Assembly: GCF_009834535.1 (NCBI RefSeq)
Contig: NC_045715.1
Coordinates: 19,530,001-19,594,000, forward strand
Origin: Camelus ferus
Lineage: Eukaryota
Length of the DNA: 64,000 bases
Reading direction: 5' to 3'
Below the pieces are notes generated by a model that searched no databases, was not told where the DNA came from, and was given only the letters and a program-made list of their open reading frames with translations. Both the position numbers and the translations under genes were made by a program. Below are positions 50,969 through 62,256 of this stretch, piece after piece (positions within the stretch are counted from its first letter, which is position 1; every line of letters starts with the position of its first letter).

Positions 50969-52345
50969 GCAGTTTTTTAAGAAGGAAGTTAATAGCAATA
51001 AATGCCTCCATCAAGAAACAAGAAAGATCCCAAGTAAACAATCTAACTTTATACCTTGAGGAACTAGAAAAAAGAAGAACAAATGAAGCCAAGGTTAGTA
51101 GAAGAAAGGACATAACAAAGATCTTAGGAGGAATAAATGAAATAGACACTAAAAGATCATAGGAAAGATGGATGAAACTAAAAGCTGGGGTTTTTAAGAT
51201 AAGCAAAATTGACAAACCTTAGCTAGAATCATTAAAAAAAAAGAGAGAGAGAGAGAGAGAAAGCAAATAAATAAAATTGGAAGCGAAAGGAGAAATGTTA
51301 TAACTGATACCACAGAAATACAAAGGATCATAAGATACTATTATGAACAATAATATACCAAGAAATTGGACAACCTAGAAAGAAAGGATAAATTCCTCAA
51401 AACATACAACATATCAAAACTGAATCATAAAGAAATAGAAAATCTGAACAGGTCTATTACTAGCAAGGAGATTGAATCAGTCATAAAAACTCCCAACAAA
51501 TAAGTCCAGGACAGGTAGCTTCACAGGTGAATTCTACCAAACTTTTAAAGAATTGATACTAATCTTTCTCAAACTGTAAAAAAAATAAAAGAGGAGAAAA
51601 TACTTCCAACTTCATTTTATGAGGCCAGCATTACTCTAACCAAAACCAAAGAAACCACAAGAAAAGAAAATTACAAGCCAATATCCCTGATAAACAGAGA
51701 TGCTAAAGTCTCCAAGAAAATATTAGCAAAGTGAACTCAGCAATTAATTAAAACGATCATATACTATGATCCAGTGGGATTTATTCCAGCAATGCAAGCA
51801 TCGTTCAACATCCAGAAATCAGTCAATGTGATATACCACATTAACAAAATGAAGGATACAAATCCTATAATGATCACAGTAAGTGCAGGAAAAGCATTTG
51901 ACAAAATCCAAGACCCATTTATGATAAAAGGTCTCAACAAAGTGACCATAGATGAAACGTATCTCAACATAATAAAGTCCTTTTACAACAAGCCCACAAC
52001 TAATATCACACTCAACTGGGAAAAGCTGAAAGCGTTTCCTCTAAGATCAGTAACAAGACATGGATGATCATTCTCGACATTTTTATTCCACATAGGATTC
52101 AAAGTCCTAGCAAGAGCAATTAGGCAAGAAAAAGAAGTAAAAGACATCCAAATCGGAAAGGAAGAAGTAAAACTGTCACTATTTGCAGATGACTTGACAC
52201 TATATATCGAAAACCCTAAAGTCTCCACCAAAAATCTTTTAGAACTAATAAAGGAATTCTGTAAAGTTGCAGGATACAAAATCAATATACAAAAACCTGT
52301 TGTGTTTCTATGCAGTAATAATGAACTATCAGAAAGCGAAATTAA
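50969..52345 (+). mobile_element. L1 ORF2 fragment (post-endonuclease region through RT)
   Basis: Decayed ORF2 including tttgcagatgac (FADD catalytic motif) at 52182-52193, followed by LYIENPK. Confidence 0.92.
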
Positions 52346-54169
52346 NNNNNNNNNNNNNNNNNNNNNNNNNNNNNNNNNNNNNNNNNNNNNNNNNNNNNNN
52401 NNNNNNNNNNNNNNNNNNNNNNNNNNNNNNNNNNNNNNNNNNNNNNNNNNNNNNNNNNNNNNNNNNNNNNNNNNNNNNNNNNNNNNNNNNACACTCTTGT
52501 TGTAATGATTGCTACGTGTCTTGAAAACATCTTATCTGATACACAGGCTTTTTCATATCTATGAAAATGTGTAAGAACATTAAAAAAACAAAGCAAACAC
52601 TAAATCCAAGTGATGATAGTGCAAAGAAATTTCTCATATAAAAAATGAAAAGTTCAAAACATGGAAAATTACAGTTTTCCAAGAAAATAACATTTATTAG
52701 CTCATTAAGGTCAAATAATATATTTATTTCTCTTTTATAACTTACTGATCTGTAGAATGACTGAAATATATAAGGAACTCTATGAATGGTTATCAAATAA
52801 ATTGATTATTAAATTATATCAATAGCAATGAGACAGAAAAAAAATTGCATTACCTTTCATAAATGTACTAGGACATCTACAGTAATGAGAAAGGAGAAGA
52901 AATAAATGATTGAACCAGAGATATTATTACGATATTATTAAGAAAAAAATAAACATGGACATTTTCTCTGGCATGTTTTTGACAGGTCACCCTATACTTT
53001 TTGTAATTTAAAATCAGACTTCAAAACAACAGATTAATTGGTTATATGAAGAGCTCTTCCCTTTGGAAAGTCAAATATGCTTGGAGACTCAGGTCCTCGG
53101 AGACCTTAAAGAGACACCAAATCGAAGAGTACCTTCCTCACGAGGGATCCACTATGTAGAAAAAGGAGAAAATATGCAAGACATCAAATATCATCTGCCT
53201 TTTTCGCTGGTTATTTCTCTAAACAGAAAGACATCATTCAGACAGTATCTCCTGGGAAATGCCAAAGAGCCACTGAGGCGGGAAGAACCAAGGACTTTCA
53301 AACTACAAAGGGATAGCCGTGTGTGAGCTTGTATTTTCAATAAGCATTCCTGAATATGGTTATATTTTTGCAAAGAATTTAGATGTATGCAGCTATTATA
53401 TATGTGGGTGTGCTTGTATTTTTACGTTAAATGTATTTTCTCATTCATTGTTATTTGTAATGGTATTCTTATGTGTATACAACACATAATTTATTTGTGA
53501 CCTTAGATGAATCTAGAATCTGAAGATATTAGGCTATTTTTTTAAGCTTGTATCTAGAATGCAGTATGTTAGTGTGTGGACTTGTGAAGTTTATATATGT
53601 GATTTGTGGGTCTGCATGTGTTTTGGTAAAAGGGGATGAAGTTTGAGAGACTAAAATGCAGAAATAAGTGAACAAGAATCATCTTGTCATCTCCTTCTGA
53701 GGATCTTTTAGAACTAGAGAGATCCTCACTCCTTTGGATAACTGAACTGTTTCACTGCCTATAGAGCTTGCAAGAGGTAATCTTCCCAATTTCTTCCCTC
53801 CTCTGAAAACCATGAAATGTATCTAGTGGCAAAATGATAGAAAAAAAGGAGAGAAGCTGAGTGGATCTGGTGACTGCAGAAAGAGCTGGAAAGGGAGGGA
53901 AAAGAGTTAAAAATTGTTTCAGAGAGGAGACAAGTTGAGAGGAAAAGAGGAAACGTGTGAGAGAAGGAAAGAAAAAGAAGGAAGAGGACTCAAGAGGGAA
54001 AGGGATGCGACAGAAAAGTCCCTCGGCTTGGAGTGGGGTTTGTCATGCCCTGAATGCAGAACACATCTGACTTGAGTAGGAGAACTTCTGCTGAGAGGGA
54101 AAATTCTGTCCCCAGCCCTGTGGGAAGGATGGGAAAGGGAGAAAAGAGTGAAATGGGGCTAGAATGATC

Positions 54170-54454
54170 CAATCCTCACCCTTGCAGAAACTGACAGCAG
54201 GATTCAATGTGTTCCTGTGAGAGGTGGGAGGCGGAATCAGGTGAGGGAAGTGGGCTCGGAGCTGTGTTCACCCAGGGCTCCGAGACTGATGAGCTCAAGG
54301 CTGAGCTCAAAGGCCATGAGATTCTGAAAGAAAGGAAGTTCCGGTGCTTTCAACAGATGCAGAAAGAGGTCATCTTTGCCCACTTCTCTATCCCGTAATG
54401 GTAACTGTCCCTTGCCGTTTCTTTTCTCCACCGGGCAGAAGGGCTGTGGGCGGG
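54170..54454 (+). promoter_or_regulatory. Predicted OR10C1 5'-UTR exon and intron
   Basis: Acceptor tcctcacccttgcag ending at 54187, donor CAG|GTGAGG at 54241, and acceptor tttcttttctccaccgggcag ending at 54438, 16 nt before the ATG. Confidence 0.5.
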
Positions 54455-55397
54455 ATGAGTGCAAACGCCTCCACGGTGCCTGAGTTCACTCTCGCGGGCT
54501 CCTCCCGCCGGGCTCAGCCCCAGGGCGTGCTCTTCTCCTTCTTTCTCGCGGCCTCCGTGCTCACCGTGGCTGGCAACCTGCTCGTCGTGGCGCTGGTCTC
54601 AGCGGCCGCTGCCCTCCAGTCCCCCGTGTACTTCTTCCTGCGGACCCCCTCGGCCCTGGAGATTAGCTACACGTCTGTCACCCTGCCCCTGCTGCTTCAC
54701 CAGCTCCGCACCGGTCAGCGCCACATCCCTCGCTCTGGCTGTGCTCTCCAGATGTTCTTCTTTCTCTTTGTCGGTGCCACAGAGTGTTGCCTCCTGGCTG
54801 CCATGGCCTATGACCGCTATGCAGCCATATGCGCACCCCTCCGTTACCCTCTGCTGCTGAGCCGTCGGAAGTGCCTGGGGCTGGCCGGCTCAGCGTGGGC
54901 CTGCGGAGCTATGGTGGGCCCGGGCCACACTTCCTTCATCTTCTCCTTGCCCTGCTGTGGCCCCAACACCATCCCGCACTTCTTATGTGAGATCCAGCCC
55001 GTGCTGCAGCTGGTATGCATGCGGAGACACCTCCCTCAATGAACTGCAGGTTATCCTGGCCGCCGCGCTCCTCATCCTCTGCCCCTTCGGTCTCATCCTG
55101 GGCTCCTACAGGCGCATCCTGGCTACTGTCTCCCGGATCCCTTCTGCTGCTGGCCGCCGCAAGGCCTTCTCCACCTGCTCCTCACACCTGGTGGTGGTCT
55201 CCGTCTTCTACGGCACTGCCGTCTTTACCTACATTCGCCCCAAGGCCGGCTACGATCCCGCCACTGACCCTCTGGTCTCCCTCTTCTATGCCGTTGTCAC
55301 CCCCATCCTCAATCCCATCATCTATAGCCTATGGAACACTGATGTCAAGGCTGCCCTAAGGAGAACCATCCAGAAGATGGGCCCAGCGAAGATTTGA
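54455..55397 (+). pseudogene. OR10C1: OR10C1 orthologue disrupted by a 4-bp duplication
   Basis: MSANAS...MAYDRYAAIC...LQLVC, then ATGCATGC at 55015-55022 shifts the frame. GDTSLNELQ...KAFSTCSSH...NPIIYSLWN continues in another frame. The span is 943 nt = 939 + 4, matching the 312-aa human protein as recalled. Confidence 0.9.
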
Positions 55398-55549
55398 CAA
55401 AGGATGATGACTCCTACTACTAGCCAGCTGTAAATCACAGATCAAAGGGAGAGGAGGCCTGGTCTCACCTGGGGAGAGCGCAGCCTGTCAAAAAGACCAA
55501 GTTACCTTCAAAGAACCACTGGAGTCAAACCCGTCCTCAGACTCTGTCA

Positions 55550-55550
<1 letters not shown>

Positions 55551-55600
<50 letters not shown>
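55551..55600. repeat. (CA)n microsatellite
   Basis: Long CA run with a short (CG) interruption. Confidence 0.95.
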
Positions 55601-55603
<3 letters not shown>

Positions 55604-55750
55604 TTCCGCCTTCTATTGTAAGAAACAAGAAAAATTCAGGATGGAGTATCAATTTAACAAGCAGAACAAGTTTGCAACTCAGGAAAAGTTACAAAATGTA
55701 ACCAACAGACTAGCAAGATAATAAAATTTCCAGCCAGAGTAATGATTCTT

Positions 55751-56631
55751 TTTTTTTTTAACACTTTTTTTATTGATGTATAATCATTTTACAATGTTGT
55801 GTCAAATTCCAGTGTAGAGCACAATTTTTCAGTTATACATGAACATGTATATATTCATTGTCACATTTTTTTCTCTATGAGCTACCATAAGAGCTTGTAG
55901 ATATTTCCCTGTGCTATACAGTATAATCTTGTTTATCTATTCTATTCTACAATTATCTTATCTATTCTACAATTTTGAAATCCCAGTCTATCTCTTCCCA
56001 CCCCCCCTCCCCCTTGGCAACCACAAGTTTGTATTCTATGTCTGTGAGTCTATTTCTGTTTTGTATTTATGCTTTGTTTGTGTGGTTTTTTTGTTTGTTT
56101 GTTTTTTGTTTTTTGTTTTTTAGATTCCACATATGAGCGATCTCATATGGTATTTTTCTTTCTCTTTCTGGCTTACTTCACTTAGAATGACATTCTCCAG
56201 GAGCATCCATGTTGCAGCAAATGGCGTTATGTTGTCATTTTTATGGCTGAGTGGTATTTCACTGTATAAATATACCACATCTTCTTTATCCAGTTATCTG
56301 TCGATGAACATTTAGGCTGTTTCCATGTCTTGGCTGTTGTAAATAGTGGTGCTATGAACATTGGGGTGCAGGTGTCATCCTGAAGTAGGGTTCCTTCTGG
56401 ATATATGCCCAGAAGTGGGATTCCTGGGTCATACGGTAAGTCTATTCCTAGTCTTTTGAGGAATCTCCATACTGTTTTCCACAGTGGCTGCACCAAACTG
56501 CATTCCCACCAGCAGTCAAGGAGGGTTCCCTTTTCTCCACAACCTCTCCAGCATTTGTCATTTGTGGATTTTTGAATGATGGCCATTCTGACTGTGAGGT
56601 GATAACCTCATTGTAGTTTTGATTTGCATTT
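55751..56631 (-). mobile_element. Young 5'-truncated L1 with 16-bp TSD
   Basis: TSD cagagtaatgattctt at 55735-55750 and 56632-56647. Poly(T) at the left end; ORF2 C-terminal remnant ([13 protein letters not shown]) on the minus strand. Confidence 0.95.
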
Positions 56632-56797
56632 CAGAGTAATGATTCTTAAAGTTATTTGATATACATCCTAGGTAAGGCATTTATTTATTTATATAATAGC
56701 ACACTTAATTATACTTAATTAAATCTATCACTAGGTGAAAAGAAAAACCTTAAAAAGTGAGGAGAAGTGATTAAGTTTCAATAAATGTAAGTTTATA

Positions 56798-56940
56798 CTG
56801 TATATAAAATAGGTGAACAGCAAGGTCCTGCTGTATAGCACAGGGAAATATATTCAATACCCTGTAATAAACCATAGTTCTGCTGTAAGCCAGAAACTAA
56901 CACAACATTGTAAATCAACTATACTTCAATAATTTTTTTT
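56798..56940 (+). mobile_element. Short L1 3' tip with 14-bp TSD
   Basis: TSD aatgtaagtttata at 56784-56797 and 56941-56954. Confidence 0.9.
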
Positions 56941-56974
56941 AATGTAAGTTTATATGGGAATCAGTATGACACAG

Positions 56975-57150
56975 AGGTTAAGAGATTAGATTATAATGTC
57001 AGACTTTAATTCAAAGTTCTAATTCTTCCAGCTGATTAGCTAGCTGTGTGAGCACAGGAGAATTATATAATCTCTCTGAGCCTTAACTTATTTACCCATA
57101 AATTTGGCATCATAATAGAATCTATTTCTTTGGAGTTTTGTGAGGATTTA
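56975..57150 (+). mobile_element. MIR fragment
   Basis: gtcagactttaattcaaagttc...tagctgtgtga...ctctctgagcctt. Confidence 0.65.
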
Positions 57151-57509
57151 CAGACTTGCAAATAACCAAGCTTAATTACTCATACAAAATAATCCAGATA
57201 AACAACGGAAATGTGGGCTGTTTCCAGTTTTATTATTACAAGATAAGCTGCTATAAACATTTGTGTGCAAGCCTTTTAATGTTTCATTTCTCTTGGGTTA
57301 ATATTTGGGTGTGGACAGGTGTATCCTATGAAAAATGTATATTTAACTTTTTAAGAAACTAGGTAATCACTTTGCCCTGTTTGTACAACAACTAGTAAAC
57401 TAGTCAAATATGTAACTCATTTCCAGGAAATGTACATGCTCTCACAGTGTACTTTTGAAATACTCATCTGGTATGTGACTTCACCATAACTTTTCTTTTT
57501 TCTTTTTCT

Positions 57510-57781
57510 TTTTTCTTTGTTTTTACCTCTTTTTTATTGCCATATAGTCAGTTGACAATGTTGTGTCAATTTCTAGTGTACAGCATGTTCAGTCATACAG
57601 ATACATGCATATATTCCTTTTCATATTCTTTTTCATTATAGGTTACTACAAGATATTGAATATATTTCCGTGTGCTATACAGAAGAAACTTATTGTATAT
57701 CTATTTTATACATAGTAGCAAGATTTGCAGATACTAACTACTATATATAAAATAGATACACAAGTTTCTTCTGTATAGCAC
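57510..57781 (-). mobile_element. L1 3' tip with inverted 5' segment
   Basis: Minus-strand L1 tip to 57718, then the same L1 region in plus orientation (57719-57781). Confidence 0.85.
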
Positions 57782-58899
57782 TGTATTTTTCTTATTCTAC
57801 CTGTTTTCTTTGTCCAATCTACTTCATCTTTATTTTCTGCATACTGTGTAAAACTTCTTAGAACCTAGAACAAGGCTAGAGTTATAAGCATCCAAAAACA
57901 ACAGGGGGTGGAAGTTGAAAGGAAAAGCCTGGATTAAGACTGAAGCCCTGAGTTAACATCTCCCCTCTGCTACTAAAGACTTATATTACCTGGCACAAAC
58001 TCCTTTCATCATCACTCTGGTTTCCAATTTCATCTCCAATAAACAGTAGAGCTGAACCAAATGAGCATTAGGTCAGGCTTGAGCTCCACTATTCCATGCC
58101 TATTTCCCCAAGGACTTTCTGCTGCTTGTGGCTGATTCTCCCATAAAGAACCAAAAGCATCATGATGAATGTTCCCTCCTCACCATTGCTACCAAAGGAT
58201 CTTGAACTAAGCTAATCCTGACCAAACATAAGAATGTTCACTTTGTTGCCATGGCAAATACTGGTCAAAATAGCTAGCAAGTTTCTAAATTCAGAACTAC
58301 GACCCGAGATCTAAAAGAAGTCAAGCAGACAGGTTTCTGTTTATTTTATTCACATAGAGATTTCCAGCAGAGAGCAGACATGTGTGTGCTCATGAGAGAA
58401 GGAAAAAACACAGGGAGGAGCCAGTTGTTGGAGCAATCTTTGAGTGGCCATTGTCCAACTTCACCCAGGGTTGAGGAACCAAGAAACCAAATGACACCTG
58501 CTTCCAAAATCCAGTGTGCTTTCTGCCCCACTTCTCTTTCTGATAGATGCTCACCCTATCTGAGAGTTGTATCTAAGCAACCAGCATCTCATCTAGAAAA
58601 TAGCGTCTAAGATGCAGTGTCTCACACAGGGCCATCAGCTCCGTGTCTGGGTGAGATCTCCCAAAGAAGGGAAAGGCTCTTAACCATCTATGGAGTTATT
58701 TGAAAGCAGTCCCAATATCATGGTGGGTTTGCAAACTAGGCACAAGATGAAAAATTAATACAACTGCCTGACAAGGTGCCTGAAACTGCACCCTTAAACA
58801 TCCATAAAAGGCCTTCCCTTTTGATCATGGATAATGTTTCAAATCAGGAATTTCTGAAAAGGTACATCACCTGCACCATTTATCATTTACAGCTTAAAG

Positions 58900-60400
58900 G
58901 AGAGTTCTAGGAGCAAGATGCCACAGGATTTGGAACCCAGACAGGTGGAGAGGCCAAAGCAAAAAGGGTCTTGAATGGTGGAAAGGTGGCTAAAGTCGAC
59001 TTTGTCCATGTCTCTGTAGGGCCCCAGTCAACAATGCAGCTTCTCTTGGGTAACCTATACCTCATCTGGTCTCTCATTTCCCAGCACTTCTCAGCTTTTC
59101 CTGATGACCTAATGAGGCAACAGACAATTTTATAGAGTGCCCCCTTGTGGTCAGGGACGTGGAACAGACTACCCTCCTCTCTTTCCAACACAGTTTGCAC
59201 AGACTGGAACACCCTGATCGCCTATTATGTGGAATACGGTGGGAATCTGGAGTGGTGGAGCCACCACAGGAACTCAAAACTATTGGTTTATCGTTTCATA
59301 AGAAAAGTGGTTCTCAAAATGCTGTCCTCCAACCAGCAGCAACAGCATCACACATGAATTCAGTAATGTAAATTCCCAGACCTACTTAATCAGAAATTCT
59401 GTGATTTTTAAAAAACCAGCTTAAGGTTTCAAACTACTCCCCTAGACTTTAGCTCAAGGGATAGTGGCTACAATACTTCAGGACCAAGGCTTGTCCTCCA
59501 GAATACTGGAGACGATGCAGTTCCCCAACTTGCATCCTGACACACCAATCCTGACATCCTGACATTTTAACTGTGACCAGCACCGTATCAAGGTCGCTAA
59601 AGGGAAAGGGCTCTGTTCGGAACATGGTAGGCTCCTGAAAAGTTTAGGAGAATTAAAAAGCCAAAATGAAAGTATTTGTAAACAATATCTTTAAACCAGT
59701 TCCCAAAGACAGCACAGGAAAGTGGGGCTGTTCCAAATAATTCACCTAGAAAGAGAAATGCTGGCTTCCCACCAACCACAAGTTTAAAAATAACTTCCTT
59801 CTTCCAGTGAGAAGGTGGCACACTGAAGGGAAGAGCTGGTGCACAAGAAAACACACGGGAATCCCCAACCTCCACGAGGTGCTTCGAGTGGATTTTGGTA
59901 ATAACTGTTGTGGGCACACACACGGTGACAGTGACACGCGGGTTGGTAAAGAATTACCAGAGCTCGAGAAGAGTTTAATAGGGATGCTGCTACAGGTAAC
60001 AGTGGGCCACACGGATGAGAGGTGCCTTTGTGAGCGTGGGGGATGGGCATGCAGGGTCCTTTATTGGGGGGAGGGGGTTGTGCACAAAGGAGTAAGGGCT
60101 GCATGATAAATTCATGCACAGGTACCTGATTGGTTGTCAGATCTGTCAGGGACTTCTCTGAACAATAGGTTTTCAGACTTTGATAAGGGCAGTATGAGGC
60201 CTGTCTGCCTAGTGTATTGTGAGACGGGCTATCTCCTGGGGCGATGGGTTTTGTTAGGAGGAGATGATTTTTACCTTGAAGAAATGCAGGTATGCAAAGG
60301 CTCTTGCAGTGGGGAGTAGGGGTTAAAGTGTCAATAGGCCCCAGGCACACGGAGAGCCCAGGGAGGGGGTTTCATGACTCCAGAGAGTGCCAGTTGGCTC
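58900..60400 (-). mobile_element. Possible decayed retroviral env relic
   Basis: Weak motif remnants on the minus strand across frameshifts: GSYF*TCG (SU-like), and HNRR, RGG.VC and CC..I..SGK.E (TM-like). Unconfirmed. Confidence 0.35.
59306..59440. mobile_element. MER5A-like fragment
   Basis: agtggttctcaaa...ccagcagcaacagcatcac...cccagacctact.aatcagaaattctg. Confidence 0.65.
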
Positions 60401-60474
60401 CCCAATAACATTCGCCTCCAGAAAGACTGATTTTCCAGGCGGGGGACTGAGCAAAGAATGGTATTTCCACCCAC

Positions 60475-60790
60475 TGAGAAGGAAAAGCCAGGCTGGAATA
60501 ACTTGTAAATCTAAGTTTAATAAGTGTCAGTAACTGATCTGTTCTTACTAGATAAGTTCCGGTTTACTGATTCCCTGCTTCTGCCTTTGTGATACTGCTG
60601 AGCTGTTTGTACCCTATTGGCCAATATACCCCAAGCTTGTAATCTACCTTATAAAACCTCACGCACACGTCTTAGAGGTGCTCAGAGCCCCAGAGCGATA
60701 GTCCCTCTGAGCCCGCAGGTGTAATAAACCTGAGTACTCCAACCCTCTGAGTGGTGCTTGTTTCTTGGCTGGCCTGTCGTTTCCATAACA
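60475..60790 (+). mobile_element. Solo LTR (ERV1-type), family A
   Basis: TG...CA ends, CCAAT, TATAAAA and AATAAA. 4-bp flanks ccac/ccat. The 3' half is homologous to 62080-62256. Confidence 0.85.
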
Positions 60791-60796
60791 CCATAA

Positions 60797-61425
60797 TGAG
60801 ATAGGAGGGAAGGGTGCAGGGCACAGCCATTCAAGGCATGCCGCAGCAATTAATATCAAAATGGTGGAAGATTCAACCCCCAATAGGCTTTGAGGCTCAG
60901 GATGCTGAGAGATTTAACTTCTAGCAGACTTTGAGCTTCATTATATGCCCACTGTAATATATTAACATGGTGAATAACACACCCACAGGTACCAGGGCAG
61001 TCCCAAAGCTAGCCACAAAAGGTCAAAGAGTGGGAAATGGCCAACTTCCTGGGAATCCCAGCCCCTCCCCCAGGCTACTTAGACTGGTCCTTCCACTTAT
61101 TAGCATATGAAGCCACTAAGCCCATAAAAACCAGCAACACGATGCCTCGCGGCCGCCTCTCTTTCTCCCTCTTCAGAGACAGCCCGCACTCTGTGGAATG
61201 TGTACGTACTTTTAGTCTGAGCACCCAACCCCCACACCTTGTGGCCTTTCTCTTACTTTTCAATGTATCTCTCTGAATAAATCTACCTTTACTCAGCTGT
61301 GGCTCGCTCTTGAATTCTTTCCTGCATGAAGCCAAGGACCCACACTTGGTGGGGCATGTTCCAGGGGCTTAACCGAAGCCTGGGACACAGCCCTCCTCAC
61401 GCCCCACATCTGTTTTCCTGCATCA
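60797..61425 (+). mobile_element. Solo LTR (ERV1-type), family B
   Basis: tgagatagg...ttcctgcatca, with CATAAAAA, AATAAA and a U5-like gctcgctcttgaattctttcctg. 4-bp flanks ataa/gtaa. Confidence 0.8.
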
Positions 61426-61589
61426 GTAACACATCACTTCTGACACCACTTCAACCAGGAAATACGAAGTGCTAAGATGAAGTTGGGCCACTAACACCCT
61501 CCACCCCCATCACCTTTATGTTGAACTTCTACCCCAACTTTTGAGTTTTGAGTTCTGTGAAAGACAAAATGTGTTGTTTTTGTTTTTGT

Positions 61590-61660
61590 TTTTGTTTTAT
61601 TGATTTATAATCATTTTACAATGTTGTGTCAAATTCTAGTGTAGAGCATGATTTTTCAGT
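61590..61660 (-). mobile_element. Very short young L1 3' tip
   Basis: ttttattgatttataatcattttacaatgttgtgtcaaattctagtgtagagca matches the 3' tips at 25105 and 55770. Confidence 0.85.
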
Positions 61661-61804
61661 TTGTTGTTTGTTTTTTAATTTTCTAACTACCCAAACTCCC
61701 ACCACATCCTGCCCTATGTAAAACCTGAGCAGGAAATCACACCACTGAGCAAAGGCCAAGTACAGTTCTAAAGAAAATCCCATCCCCCAACCCACTGAAG
61801 CTCA

Positions 61805-62256
61805 TGTGAAGGAAAAGCTGGGTTGGTCTAACAAGATAACTCACAGGTCTAGGAATGTGAAGGAGAGGCTGGGCTGGGCTAACAAGTCTAAATGTTGGAA
61901 TACTGATCTGAGTTCTGCTGGACTAACTTATAAATCTAAGTTAATTAGTGTTGGTTTGCTGTTTATGTTTTTTGCTAGCCAGCTGGATTTTCAAAGATAC
62001 ATATCTGGCTTTGGAATGTTGGTTTGCTGCCTCCCCGCCTCCACTTTTGTGATGATAATGCTGCTAAAGCTGTTCCATGCCTATTGGCCAAATACCCCAA
62101 GCTTGTACTTTACCCTATAAAACCTCATGTGCACATCTTGAAGGTGCTCAGAGCTTTGGAGCAGAAGCCCCTCTGAGCCCACCGGCGTAATACATCTGAG
62201 TACTCCAACCCTCCGAGTGGTGCTTGTTTCTTGACTGGCCTGTCGTTTCCGTAACA
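61805..62256 (+). mobile_element. Solo LTR (ERV1-type), family A, with perfect 4-bp TSD
   Basis: TG...CA ends, TSD ctca at 61801-61804 and 62257-62260. The 5' terminus is internally repeated at 61856. Confidence 0.88.

Noticed and set aside
51764-52285. Short ORFs within L1 regions as genes
   Set aside because: They are broken ORF2 pieces or their antisense frames; ORFs spanning N runs are artefacts.
54344-54454. N-terminal extensions of OR ORFs in the track (also 2459, 18861 and 44256 starts)
   Set aside because: The conserved OR start Met lies downstream, and splice acceptors fall inside or next to most of the extensions.
59784-60350. 188-aa ORF as an intact domesticated retroviral gene
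   Set aside because: No signal peptide, furin site or continuous env motif set is visible; the remnants lie in different frames with stops.
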